Assembly (NCBI GenBank): GCA_002392345.1
Contig: DGGU01000042.1
Span: forward strand, 14,358 to 78,357
Length of the DNA: 64,000 bases
Reading direction: 5' to 3'
Origin: Lachnospiraceae bacterium UBA3866
GTDB taxonomy: Bacteria; Bacillota; Clostridia; Lachnospirales; Lachnospiraceae
In this document: positions 27,064 to 36,798 of the stretch, piece by piece
Numbering within the stretch: position 1 is the stretch's first letter
How the letters are laid out: each line of letters begins with the position of its first letter
Notes under the pieces: model-generated
What the model saw: the letters and a program-made list of their open reading frames with translations, nothing else
Database searches by the model: none
Told to the model about the DNA's origin: nothing
Made by a program: the position numbers and the translations under genes

Positions 27064-27172
27064 CGGGCTCGCAGTGCACCCCGAGGGCACTTTGTCGCTT
27101 CGCTCGGGCGCTCACCCTACGAATGGCTTCGCCAAGGGCTCGCAGTACGCTCACCCTACGGATGGCTAGCCC
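27064..27172 (-). repeat. Two inverted REP units (long form plus cargo-less form)
   Basis: The reverse complement of 27064..27135 equals unit 22193..22262 except for the linker. 27136..27159 is GGGCTCGCAGTACGCTCACCCTAC. Confidence 0.9.
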
Positions 27173-27229
27173 TTATGATTGGTAATCTCGCATAAAAGCG
27201 ATATTATATATAATTATTAGGAGGATTAT

Positions 27230-28612
27230 ATGGAAAAATTTTTCAAGCTTTCAGAAAAGAAGACAGATGTTCGTACTGAAGTGCTCGCTGGTATTACTAC
27301 ATTTATGGCAATGGCTTATATTCTTGCTGTAAATCCTAACATTTTATCGGCTTCAGGTATGGATGCAGGGGCTGTATTTACTGCAACTGCACTTTCATCA
27401 GCCGTTGCTACAATTCTTATGGGCGTAATTGGAAACTTCCCATTTGCTTTATCAGCAGGTATGGGTCTCAATGCTTACTTTACTTACACAGTAGTATTTG
27501 GACTTGGTGCAAGCTGGCAATTTGCTCTTGCTGCAGTATTTACAGAAGGTGTTATATTCTTGCTTCTTTCTGTAGTTAATGTTCGTGAGGCTATGTTCAA
27601 TGCTATACCACTTTCTCTTAAGACAGGTGTATCTGCTGGTATAGGACTTTTTATTACTATCATAGCTCTTATCAATGCTAAAGTGCTTCAAGATAACCCA
27701 AGTACTTTAGTTCAACTTATTCCTTTTCATCAAGCTATTGTTGGACAAGATCCAGCACTTAAACTCCAAGCTGTATCTGCAATGCTTTGCCTTGTTGGCG
27801 TAGTTATCACGGCACTACTCATCTATAAAAATGTTCGTGGAAATATTCTTGTAGGTATTCTTATCACATGGGTTCTTGGAATTATCTGTCAGCTTGCTGG
27901 TGTATATAAACCAGATCCATCACTTGGGTTTTATTCTGTTATCCCTACAGGTATTATAGCATTGCCTGCATCTATGGCTCCAACATTTGGAAAGTTTGCG
28001 GATGGATTTAAAGAGATAAGCACACGTGGTATGTTCAATTTCATAATTGTTGTAGTATCATTCCTTTTCGTAGATATATTTGATACTTTAGGAACACTTA
28101 TTGGATGTGCTAAAGCAGGAAATATGCTTAATGAGAAAGGTCGTCTTCATAATGTAAAATATGCACTCCTTGCTGATGCAGTTGGAACTACATTTGGTGC
28201 AGTTGCAGGTACTTCTACTATCACTACATTCGTTGAGTCTGCTTCTGGCGTGCAAGCGGGAGGTCGCACTGGACTTACAGCTATAACTACTGCAGTGCTT
28301 TTCTTACTTGCTATGTTCTTCTGGCCATTATTCTCAGTTATACCATCATTTGCAACAGCTCCAGCACTTATCATCGTTGGATATCTTATGATGAAAAATG
28401 TTGTTGATATTCCTTGGAATGATCCAACAGAAGCTATACCTGCCTTCCTTGCTATAATAGCTATGCCATTTTTCTATAGCATATCTGAAGGTATTGCATT
28501 TGGAATCATATCTTATACGGCTATTAACCTTATAACAGGAAATGGGAAAAAGATTACGCCAACATTATTTGTAATTGCTTTATTATTTATACTTAAGTAT
28601 ATATTCGTATAG
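27230..28612 (+). CDS. NCS2/AzgA-family purine permease (adenine/guanine/hypoxanthine)
   Basis: 460 aa, about 13 TM helices, N-terminal KTDVRTEVLAGITTFMAMAYILAVNP typical of PbuG/GhxP-type permeases. Confidence 0.85.
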   Translation: MEKFFKLSEKKTDVRTEVLAGITTFMAMAYILAVNPNILSASGMDAGAVFTATALSSAVATILMGVIGNFPFALSAGMGLNAYFTYTVVFGLGASWQFALAAVFTEGVIFLLLSVVNVREAMFNAIPLSLKTGVSAGIGLFITIIALINAKVLQDNPSTLVQLIPFHQAIVGQDPALKLQAVSAMLCLVGVVITALLIYKNVRGNILVGILITWVLGIICQLAGVYKPDPSLGFYSVIPTGIIALPASMAPTFGKFADGFKEISTRGMFNFIIVVVSFLFVDIFDTLGTLIGCAKAGNMLNEKGRLHNVKYALLADAVGTTFGAVAGTSTITTFVESASGVQAGGRTGLTAITTAVLFLLAMFFWPLFSVIPSFATAPALIIVGYLMMKNVVDIPWNDPTEAIPAFLAIIAMPFFYSISEGIAFGIISYTAINLITGNGKKITPTLFVIALLFILKYIFV

Positions 28613-28635
28613 AACACCATAAGAGAGGTGATTAT

Positions 28636-30417
28636 ATGGCTAATAAAGGTAGTGTTGATTTTAATGCACTCAAAAAACGTGTTAAAGTTGCGATGAATCA
28701 TGTTAAAGCTGACTTGGTTCTTAAGAATGCTAATTATGTAAATGTATTCACTGAATCAATTGAGACTGGCGATATAGCTATAGTTGATGGTTACATAGTT
28801 GGTATTGGAACTTATCATGGGAAAAAGGAAATCAACTGTAAAAACAAAATCATAGCTCCAGCACTTCTTGATGGCCATATGCACCTTGAATCATCTATGG
28901 TTAGTCCAAGATGTTTTAGAGACTTAGTAGTTCCACATGGAACTTGTGCGGTAATTGCAGACCCACATGAGATAATTAATGTCGCAGGTATTGAAGGTCT
29001 TGATTATATATATGAGATGACTGAGGGCCTCGACCTCTTTGTAGGGATAATGGCGCCATCATGTGTGCCATCTACACCACTTGACGAGGCCGGGGCAATA
29101 CTTACAAGCAAAGACATAAAACCATTATATAAGAGAGAGAGAATCTTAGGACTAGCTGAGATGATGAATGCATATGGTGTGACTCATGAAGATAAAGAAT
29201 GCCTTACGAAAGTAGCAGATGCACTTTCAGAAGACAAATTTGTTGATGGCCATGCGCCTGCACTTTCTGGCAATGCTTTAAATGCTTATCTATCTACCAA
29301 TATAACCACTGACCATGAGTGTGTAAATATCAATGAAGCATTGGAAAAACTGAGCCGTGGTCAATGGATAGAGATAAGAGAAGGCACAGTATGTAAAGAC
29401 CTATCACCACTTATTGATTTATTTAAGGCACCATATTATGAAAGATGTATGCTCGTTACAGATGATAATCATCCTGACACAATAGTTGATTACGGACATA
29501 TTGATAAGATTATAAGAAAGGCTATAAAACTTGGAGCAAATCCTATAAAAGCAATCAAGATGGGAAGTTTTAATACTGCAATGCATTATAATCTTAAAGA
29601 CTATGGAGCCATAGGAGTGGGATATCTTGCTAACTTTATTATACTTGATGATCTTAAGTCATTTAAGATAAGCGAAGTATATCTAAAAGGTGAGTTGGTT
29701 GCTAAGAATCATAAGCCACTTAAGATGTATTCTGCTAAGAGCAATACTCTTAGTAAAACTAAGTATAAAAAGGTATATAATTCATTCAACCTAAGGAAAG
29801 TCATTGCAAAAGATTTTGCATTTAAATCAAAAGGAAAAAAATTAAGAGCTATAGAACTTATCCCTGAAAGTATAGTCTCAAGAGAAAAGATATGTGACTT
29901 AGTTGTAAGTAAGGATTATCCTTATGGAGTAGATGTAGATAGAGATATAGCAAAAATTGCTGTAGTCGAGAGACATAATAATACTGGTCACATAGGGCTT
30001 GGATTTATAACGGGATTTAAAATTAAGAAAGGTGCTATAGCATCAAGTATCGGTCATGATTCACATAATATAATAGTTATTGGTGTGAACGATGAAGATA
30101 TGGCGCTAGCAGTTAACACTGTTAATAAAAATAATGGTGGACTTTCTGCAACTTGTGACGGGAAAGTACTAGGTGACTTAAAACTTGAAGTCGCTGGACT
30201 TATGACAGAAAAGAAGGCTGATTATGTAATAGAAAAATTAGATAAATTAAAAAGCATCGCATATAATAAATTCGGTATGAATAAACTTCATGATCCATTT
30301 ATGACACTTGCATTTATGCAACTTCCTGTCATACCAGATCTAAAGATTATACCAAAGGGACTTGTTGATGTTAAAAATCAAGTAATTATAGATGCGATAT
30401 TTAATGGAGGTAAATAA
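28636..30417 (+). CDS. ade: Adenine deaminase
   Basis: 593 aa; LLDGHMHLESSMV metal site; two-domain Ade architecture. Confidence 0.85.
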   Translation: MANKGSVDFNALKKRVKVAMNHVKADLVLKNANYVNVFTESIETGDIAIVDGYIVGIGTYHGKKEINCKNKIIAPALLDGHMHLESSMVSPRCFRDLVVPHGTCAVIADPHEIINVAGIEGLDYIYEMTEGLDLFVGIMAPSCVPSTPLDEAGAILTSKDIKPLYKRERILGLAEMMNAYGVTHEDKECLTKVADALSEDKFVDGHAPALSGNALNAYLSTNITTDHECVNINEALEKLSRGQWIEIREGTVCKDLSPLIDLFKAPYYERCMLVTDDNHPDTIVDYGHIDKIIRKAIKLGANPIKAIKMGSFNTAMHYNLKDYGAIGVGYLANFIILDDLKSFKISEVYLKGELVAKNHKPLKMYSAKSNTLSKTKYKKVYNSFNLRKVIAKDFAFKSKGKKLRAIELIPESIVSREKICDLVVSKDYPYGVDVDRDIAKIAVVERHNNTGHIGLGFITGFKIKKGAIASSIGHDSHNIIVIGVNDEDMALAVNTVNKNNGGLSATCDGKVLGDLKLEVAGLMTEKKADYVIEKLDKLKSIAYNKFGMNKLHDPFMTLAFMQLPVIPDLKIIPKGLVDVKNQVIIDAIFNGGK

Positions 30418-30418
30418 A

Positions 30419-30802
30419 ATGTTTAAACAAATTGTAACAAAGGATGCACCTGCAGCTATAGGACCATATAGTCAAGGAATAGTTGTAGGAAATGTATTTT
30501 ATGCTTCAGGAGCTATACCTGTAGACCCAGCAACTGGAGATATCAAAGGTACAACCATAGAAGAGCAAGCTGAGCAATCTATGAAGAATGTTGGCGGACT
30601 TCTTAAAGCCGCTGGCATGGATTATGCCAATGTCGTAAAGACAACTTGCTTCCTTGCTGACATGGGTGATTTTGCAAAATTTAATGAAGTATATGCAAAA
30701 TATTTTTCTGCTGATCCAAAGCCAGCAAGATCATGTGTAGCAGTTAAAACTATTCCAAAGGGATGCCTTTGTGAAGTAGAAGTGCTTGCTATAAAAGAAT
30801 AA
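30419..30802 (+). CDS. ridA: RidA/YjgF-family reactive-intermediate deaminase
   Basis: APAAIGPYSQG ... ARSCVAVKTIPKGCLCEVEV. Start at ATG 30419, after GGAGG. Confidence 0.85.
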   Translation: MFKQIVTKDAPAAIGPYSQGIVVGNVFYASGAIPVDPATGDIKGTTIEEQAEQSMKNVGGLLKAAGMDYANVVKTTCFLADMGDFAKFNEVYAKYFSADPKPARSCVAVKTIPKGCLCEVEVLAIKE

Positions 30803-30820
30803 TTATATAAAGGGATTACT

Positions 30821-32086
30821 ATGGACTTCGCTCTAAAGGGAGATATATTATATTCAAAAAGTCTAAATAAAGTTTCTGAAAATGCTCGATCATATCTTGT
30901 GTGTGTAGATGGAAAGTGTGAAGGAGTATTTAAGAAACTTCCAAGTAAGTATAAGGGTATCAAAGTATATGATTATAGTGGCAATCTTATAATACCGGGA
31001 CTTGTTGACATGCATTTGCATGCACCACAGTATATGTTTATAGGTCTACATATGGATCTTGAACTTATAGATTGGCTTAATACATATACTTTTCCGACAG
31101 AAGCAAGATACAAAGATATTAGATTTGCTAAAAAAGCATATGATATCTTTGTCAATGACCTTATTCATTCGCCAACTACAAGGTTTTCAATGTTCGCAAC
31201 TATACATAATGACGCTACTTTATATCTGGTAGATAAGCTTGATAAAATTGGATTTAAGGGTTATGTCGGCAAAATCAATATGGACCGTAATAGTCCTAAG
31301 TATCTAATTGAAAAGACAGAAAAATCTATCAAAGACACGATAAAATATATAGAGAGTGTAAAAAAGTATAAAAATATAAAGCCTATCATAACTCCGAGAT
31401 TCATACCAAGTTGCAGTGACACACTTATGAGAAAACTGTCGGACATAGTAAAGACATATGATCTGCCAGTTCAATCACATCTATCAGAAAATAGAGCTGA
31501 AATTGAGTGGGTTAAAGAACTTATGCCAAGCGTGAAATGTTATGAAGAGGCATATGATAGATTCGATATGCTTGGAAGTGTGACTAGTACTATCATGGCA
31601 CACTATGTATGGCCAGATGAGAAAGGCATAGAACTTATGAAAAAGAGGAATGTCTGGGTAGCACATTGTCCTTCATCCAACAGAAATCTTTCATCAGGTA
31701 TAGCGCCTGTAGGAAGGTTCTTAAGAGAAAAGATCAAAGTTGGACTTGCTACTGATGTGGCAGGCGGGTCTTATCTATCAATGTTTAGAGCGATGGAAGA
31801 TGCGATAACTACTTCCAAAATTCGTAAGTGCCTCTATGATCCAGAGTACTACAATGTGACTATAGAGCAAGCACTATATCTTGCTACTATCAGTGGTGGA
31901 GAGTTCTTTGGAAAGGTTGGAAGCTTTGAAAAAGGCTATGAGTTCGATGCAGTAGTTATAGATGAGAAGAGTATCCCTACGGTACTTATGAAAGAATTGA
32001 CTGTCCTTGAAAGATTTGAGAGGTTTGTCTATAGAGCTAAAAATAAAGTAAAAGCAAAATTCATTGCTGGTAAAAAAGTAATATAG
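30821..32086 (+). CDS. guaD: Guanine deaminase
   Basis: Blocks matching E. coli GuaD: PGLVDMHLHAPQ, IDWLNTYTFPTE, MDRNSP, ITPRFIPS, HLSENRAEIEWVKELMP, CPSSNRNLSSG. Confidence 0.8.
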   Translation: MDFALKGDILYSKSLNKVSENARSYLVCVDGKCEGVFKKLPSKYKGIKVYDYSGNLIIPGLVDMHLHAPQYMFIGLHMDLELIDWLNTYTFPTEARYKDIRFAKKAYDIFVNDLIHSPTTRFSMFATIHNDATLYLVDKLDKIGFKGYVGKINMDRNSPKYLIEKTEKSIKDTIKYIESVKKYKNIKPIITPRFIPSCSDTLMRKLSDIVKTYDLPVQSHLSENRAEIEWVKELMPSVKCYEEAYDRFDMLGSVTSTIMAHYVWPDEKGIELMKKRNVWVAHCPSSNRNLSSGIAPVGRFLREKIKVGLATDVAGGSYLSMFRAMEDAITTSKIRKCLYDPEYYNVTIEQALYLATISGGEFFGKVGSFEKGYEFDAVVIDEKSIPTVLMKELTVLERFERFVYRAKNKVKAKFIAGKKVI

Positions 32087-32142
32087 ATATATGAAGATAC
32101 TAAGTAAAAATGATTTTATAGCTAGATTGGAGGGGCGAGATT

Positions 32143-32988
32143 ATGAGTAAGGCTGATAAGATTTTTATCAACATGTGTAGGGATATAATAGATAATGGTA
32201 CTGACACTAAAGGCGAGAAAGTTCGTCCACATTGGGAGGATGGTACACCTGCTTACACTATTAAAAAATTTGGTGTGTGCAACCGTTATGATTTAAGAGA
32301 GGAGTTCCCTGCGATTACACTTCGACCTACTGGACTCAAAAGTTGTTTTGATGAGCTGCTTTGGATATGGCAGAAGAAATCTAATGACATAAGGGATCTC
32401 GGTTCTCACATCTGGGATGAGTGGGCAGGAGAAGATCACACTATTGGTAAAGCCTATGGGTATCAATTATCGGTCAAGCATAAATATAAAGAGGGAGACT
32501 TTGACCAAGTAGATAGAGTTATATATGATCTAAAGAATAATCCTTATTCAAGGAGAATCATGACCAATATCTATGTGCATCAAGATCTTCATGAGATGAA
32601 TCTATATCCTTGTGCTTACTCCATGACATTCAATGTCACTAAAGATAAAGATGGCAATTTAGTTTTAAATGGTCTTCTCAATCAAAGGTCAAGCGATGTG
32701 CTTGTAGCAAATAACTGGAATGTGTGTCAATATGCGATACTTCTCATGATGATGGCAAGGACTTGCGATATGATAGCAGGAGAACTTGTACACATGATTG
32801 CTGACTGCCACATCTACGATAGACATATACCTATAGTTGAAGAGATGCTTAAAAGACCACAGTTCCCTGCACCTAAGGTTACTTTAAATCCTGATAAGAA
32901 GGATTTCTATGAATTCACAAAAGATGACCTAATCATAGAAGACTATCAGAAGAATGAGCAGATAAAAAATATACCTGTAGCTATTTAG
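32143..32988 (+). CDS. thyA: Thymidylate synthase
   Basis: 281 aa; ELLWIW, SRRIMTNIY, active-site YPCAYSMTF, NQRSSDV. Confidence 0.9.
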   Translation: MSKADKIFINMCRDIIDNGTDTKGEKVRPHWEDGTPAYTIKKFGVCNRYDLREEFPAITLRPTGLKSCFDELLWIWQKKSNDIRDLGSHIWDEWAGEDHTIGKAYGYQLSVKHKYKEGDFDQVDRVIYDLKNNPYSRRIMTNIYVHQDLHEMNLYPCAYSMTFNVTKDKDGNLVLNGLLNQRSSDVLVANNWNVCQYAILLMMMARTCDMIAGELVHMIADCHIYDRHIPIVEEMLKRPQFPAPKVTLNPDKKDFYEFTKDDLIIEDYQKNEQIKNIPVAI

Positions 32989-34131
32989 ATGAAATATTTC
33001 GACAGATTTAAAAGCATTTTTGCAATACTAAGTTTTGCATTGATAGTAGCATTTCCATACTATGCTACTATTTTTAAGTTTGACGAAAATCTTGTCGGTG
33101 CTGAAGAAAAAGTAGAGCTAAGCTTTAAAAATATCGATGATTATATAATGCAAAACTTCCCAGGAAGGACACTCATTGTCAATACAAAAAATAGATTTTT
33201 GTATGAGACTTTTGACATATCACCTAATTCGTCTATCACTAAGGTCAAAGATAATCTTTTTGCTATAGAGACACTCAATTATTATTATCATGGGCTATAT
33301 AATATAAGTGATGCCGAAGTTAGGGCATTGGTTAGGAAACTCGAGAAGTTCAATGATTATTGCAAGAAAAACGATAAGAAATTACTGATTATAACAACGC
33401 CAACTAAACCAAGGTATTATAATGGCCCTATGCCTATAGTTGATTATATAATATCCAATAATCAGGATGATAGTTATGATACTGATGGTCTAAGATCGTA
33501 TGATGTCTTTAGGGATGAATTAAAAAAGACGGATATATACTTTTTTGATACAATAGAGGCGATAGACAATAATAAGAATAAATATCTTAAGGGGAATATC
33601 CCGTTATTTTATAAAGGTGCACACCACTGGTCTAATTATAAAGCAAGACTAGTATCATTTGAATTACATGACTATATGAGGGATGTGATGGGGCTTAAAA
33701 TCCCACATATGGATGCTGTGGCATCAAAATCTGATGTTGCGATGCCACCAGATTCGGATTTATTCGATGTATTAAACTTAGGGATAAAATCACATGATGA
33801 TTATTATACAGTAACTGATAAGATGCTTAAATATGAGAGCGATAACTTAAATTATATCATACGGGGTGGGAGTTTCATGACAGGACTTGTGCTTATACCT
33901 ATCACGGCAGGATATAATGACACAGTTCTTATGTCTAACAAATTAGTTTTTTATAATAATTATAATAATCAAGAAGAGTTTGAAACTTACGACGAATTAG
34001 AAGATCGGATTGGCTTACTTGATAAGATTAAAAACGCAGACGTATTTATATTTGAAGTTCATGAAATCAATGTGTATAATGCCACATTTGGATTTCTTGA
34101 TTATATATTAGAGCATATGGAGGAGATATAA
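32989..34131 (+). CDS. AlgJ/AlgX/DltD-like SGNH O-acetyltransferase partner protein
   Basis: N-terminal TM anchor and a GAHHWSNY (DxHW-like) motif. Lies immediately upstream of an MBOAT gene. Confidence 0.55.
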   Translation: MKYFDRFKSIFAILSFALIVAFPYYATIFKFDENLVGAEEKVELSFKNIDDYIMQNFPGRTLIVNTKNRFLYETFDISPNSSITKVKDNLFAIETLNYYYHGLYNISDAEVRALVRKLEKFNDYCKKNDKKLLIITTPTKPRYYNGPMPIVDYIISNNQDDSYDTDGLRSYDVFRDELKKTDIYFFDTIEAIDNNKNKYLKGNIPLFYKGAHHWSNYKARLVSFELHDYMRDVMGLKIPHMDAVASKSDVAMPPDSDLFDVLNLGIKSHDDYYTVTDKMLKYESDNLNYIIRGGSFMTGLVLIPITAGYNDTVLMSNKLVFYNNYNNQEEFETYDELEDRIGLLDKIKNADVFIFEVHEINVYNATFGFLDYILEHMEEI

Positions 34132-34132
34132 T

Positions 34133-35539
34133 ATGGTATTTTCTTCTCCAGTCTTTTTATTTTTATTTTTGCCACTATGCATTATAACTTATTTTATAGT
34201 TAGTATATTTAAGAATCAAAAGGCAAATAACATATGCTTGCTTATATTTTCGATAATGTTTTATGCATATGGCAGTTTTGACTTTTTGCCTATATTACTT
34301 ATATCAATAGTAATTAATTATTATTTGTCACAGACTTATAGTAGATTAAGAATTAAGAAAAAGAAAAAGCTGTATTTTATTATTTCAATCGTATTTAATG
34401 TGCTTCTGCTTTTTGTATATAAATATTTGAATTTGTTTTCAGGATTACTGCTTGGAGTAGAACATGCGACTAAGATAAGACTTCCTATAGGTATATCATT
34501 TTATACATTTCAAGTTATATCATATCATATAGATGTATACAGGAAGACTGTAAAGAGAAGTGACAGTGCTATAGATTTTTCGCTTTTCACAATGCTTTTC
34601 CCACAACTTATCGCAGGGCCAATTGTTAGATATAGCGATATTGTTGATAGGTTAAAGAAGAGAACTACTAATCTTGATAATATATCGAGTGGCCTCATTA
34701 GATTTATGGTTGGCTTCTCTAAGAAGATACTTTTTGCAAATGCACTTGGAAACATTGCTGATATTGCATTTGGAAATCTTGATAAATTTGTACTCGGCTT
34801 TGCATTATCAGTATTTTGCATAATCTGTTATACTATACAGATTTATCTGGATTTTTCTGCATATTCAGATATGGCTATCGGAATTGGAATGATCTTTGGA
34901 TTTGAGTTCCCAGAGAACTTTAATCAGCCTTTTTCGTCAAGAAGTCTCACAGAGTTTTGGAAAAGATGGCATATAACCCTTTCGTCCTTCTTTAGTGATT
35001 ATGTGTATAAACCACTTGGTGGTAGTAGAAAGGGACTTTTTAGAACCTGTATAAATCTTATTATAGTATTTGCCTTATCTGGATTTTGGCACGGTGCTAA
35101 TTTTAATTATCTTATATGGGGGTTATATAACGGATTATTTCTTGTGATAGAGAGGGTGATCACGACCAAGACTAAGTTTAGATTCGATAAGCCGATTTTA
35201 CTAATTTATGCAAATATAGTATGGATAATAGGCATGATATTATTTAGATTCGATAATTTTAATACATTTTTACTGTATATTAATGGATTATTTTCAGCGC
35301 CTAAGCTTAATTATAATACAAGATGGCTATTACAAGAGATATTTAACCCGTATTTTTATGCATGCTTCATAATCTCAATATTGTATTTGACACCATTTTT
35401 TGATAAAATATATTGCACTTTTTTAAAGACTAGATTTGGGACGGTAGTTATATACGTAGTTGTCATATTGACATTCGTATATGGAATCATGGAGATGCTA
35501 ACTAATGGATTTAATCCATTTATATATTTTAGATTCTAG
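34133..35539 (+). CDS. MBOAT-family membrane O-acyltransferase (AlgI/DltB-like)
   Basis: 468 aa, multi-TM, with conserved EFWKRWHITLSSFF and GFWHGANFNY blocks. Confidence 0.85.
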   Translation: MVFSSPVFLFLFLPLCIITYFIVSIFKNQKANNICLLIFSIMFYAYGSFDFLPILLISIVINYYLSQTYSRLRIKKKKKLYFIISIVFNVLLLFVYKYLNLFSGLLLGVEHATKIRLPIGISFYTFQVISYHIDVYRKTVKRSDSAIDFSLFTMLFPQLIAGPIVRYSDIVDRLKKRTTNLDNISSGLIRFMVGFSKKILFANALGNIADIAFGNLDKFVLGFALSVFCIICYTIQIYLDFSAYSDMAIGIGMIFGFEFPENFNQPFSSRSLTEFWKRWHITLSSFFSDYVYKPLGGSRKGLFRTCINLIIVFALSGFWHGANFNYLIWGLYNGLFLVIERVITTKTKFRFDKPILLIYANIVWIIGMILFRFDNFNTFLLYINGLFSAPKLNYNTRWLLQEIFNPYFYACFIISILYLTPFFDKIYCTFLKTRFGTVVIYVVVILTFVYGIMEMLTNGFNPFIYFRF

Positions 35540-35547
35540 GAGTAGAT

Positions 35548-36798
35548 ATGGGTGTATATGAAGAATTAGTAGAAAGAGGACTTATAGCCCAAGTTACGGA
35601 TGAAGAAGAGATTAAGAAACTTGTAAATACAGGCAAGGCAGTATTTTATATTGGCTTTGATCCAACGGCTGATTCACTTCATGTAGGACATTTTATGGCA
35701 CTTTGTCTTATGAAGAGACTTCAAGAAGCTGGAAATCGCCCTATAGCACTTGTTGGTGGTGGCACCGGTATGATAGGTGACCCATCAGGTAGAAGTGATC
35801 TTAGAAAAGTTTTGACTGTAGATGACATAGATAGAAACTGCGAATGCTTTAAGAAGCAGATGTCACGATTTATAGATTTTGGCGAAGGCAAGGCCATGAT
35901 GGTCAATAATGCTGATTGGCTTAGAAATTTAAATTATATAGAATTCCTTCGTGATGTAGGACCTCATTTTTCTGTAAATAGGATGCTTACAGCAGAGTGT
36001 TATAAACTCCGTATGGAGCAGGGGCTTACCTTCCTTGAGTTCAATTATATGATTATGCAGGCATTTGACTTCTATTCTCTATATAAGAATTATGGATGCA
36101 ATATGCAGTTTGGTGGAGATGATCAATGGTCTAACATGCTTGCAGGAACTGAACTTATAAGGAGAAAACTCGGCAAAGATGCTTATGCTATGACTATCAA
36201 CCTTCTTACTAAGTCAGATGGAACTAAGATGGGAAAGACTTCAGGTGGGGCGGTATGGCTTGATCCTGTAAAAACAAAACCTTATGAGTTCTATCAATAT
36301 TGGAGAAATGTTGATGATGCCGATGTTATAAAATGTATCAAGATGCTTACTTTCCTTCCTCTTGATGAGATCAAAGAGATGGAATCATGGAAGGGATCAA
36401 AGTTAAATGAAGCTAAAACCATACTTGCATATGAATTAACTAAGCTTGTGCATGGAAAGGAAGAAGCAGATAAATGTGACGCTGCAGCTAAAGCCGTATT
36501 TACTGGTGACATGTCCAATGCCGATATGCCAAAACTTTCACTTAAAGAGAGTGATCTCACTGATGGGAAGATTGATATAATTAAAGCCCTTGTGTTATCT
36601 GGATTTTGTACTTCAAATGGCGATGCAAGGAGAAATATAGAGCAGGGCGGAGTATTTGTCGATGACGAGAAAGTGACGGACATTAAGATGACGCTCGATA
36701 TTGATAAACTTAAGAAAGATGGTGTGATAGTGAAAAAAGGAAAGAAAAATTTTATAAAAGTTATACTTAGTTCGATTCTTGCTTGTTTTTTTGCATAA
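35548..36798 (+). CDS. tyrS: Tyrosyl-tRNA synthetase
   Basis: HIGH-type SLHVGHF, KMSKS-type KMGKTSGG, and a C-terminal S4 domain. The hydrophobic tail SSILACFFA is unusual. Confidence 0.9.
   Translation: MGVYEELVERGLIAQVTDEEEIKKLVNTGKAVFYIGFDPTADSLHVGHFMALCLMKRLQEAGNRPIALVGGGTGMIGDPSGRSDLRKVLTVDDIDRNCECFKKQMSRFIDFGEGKAMMVNNADWLRNLNYIEFLRDVGPHFSVNRMLTAECYKLRMEQGLTFLEFNYMIMQAFDFYSLYKNYGCNMQFGGDDQWSNMLAGTELIRRKLGKDAYAMTINLLTKSDGTKMGKTSGGAVWLDPVKTKPYEFYQYWRNVDDADVIKCIKMLTFLPLDEIKEMESWKGSKLNEAKTILAYELTKLVHGKEEADKCDAAAKAVFTGDMSNADMPKLSLKESDLTDGKIDIIKALVLSGFCTSNGDARRNIEQGGVFVDDEKVTDIKMTLDIDKLKKDGVIVKKGKKNFIKVILSSILACFFA

Noticed and set aside
27173-27229. Purine riboswitch upstream of the purine permease.
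   Set aside because: The leader is only ~57 nt, has none of the conserved guanine/adenine-riboswitch junction sequences, and contains no terminator or antiterminator pair.
32125-32140. GGAGGGGCGAG upstream of thyA as a further REP remnant, and CCCTACGG at about 31975 in guaD.
   Set aside because: Only 8-nt matches, and the first is explained by the Shine-Dalgarno sequence. This is insufficient to separate from chance.
35540-35547. T-box leaders for tyrS and lysS.
   Set aside because: The intergenic gaps are only 8 nt, so there is no room for a leader. These genes appear co-transcribed with their upstream neighbours.
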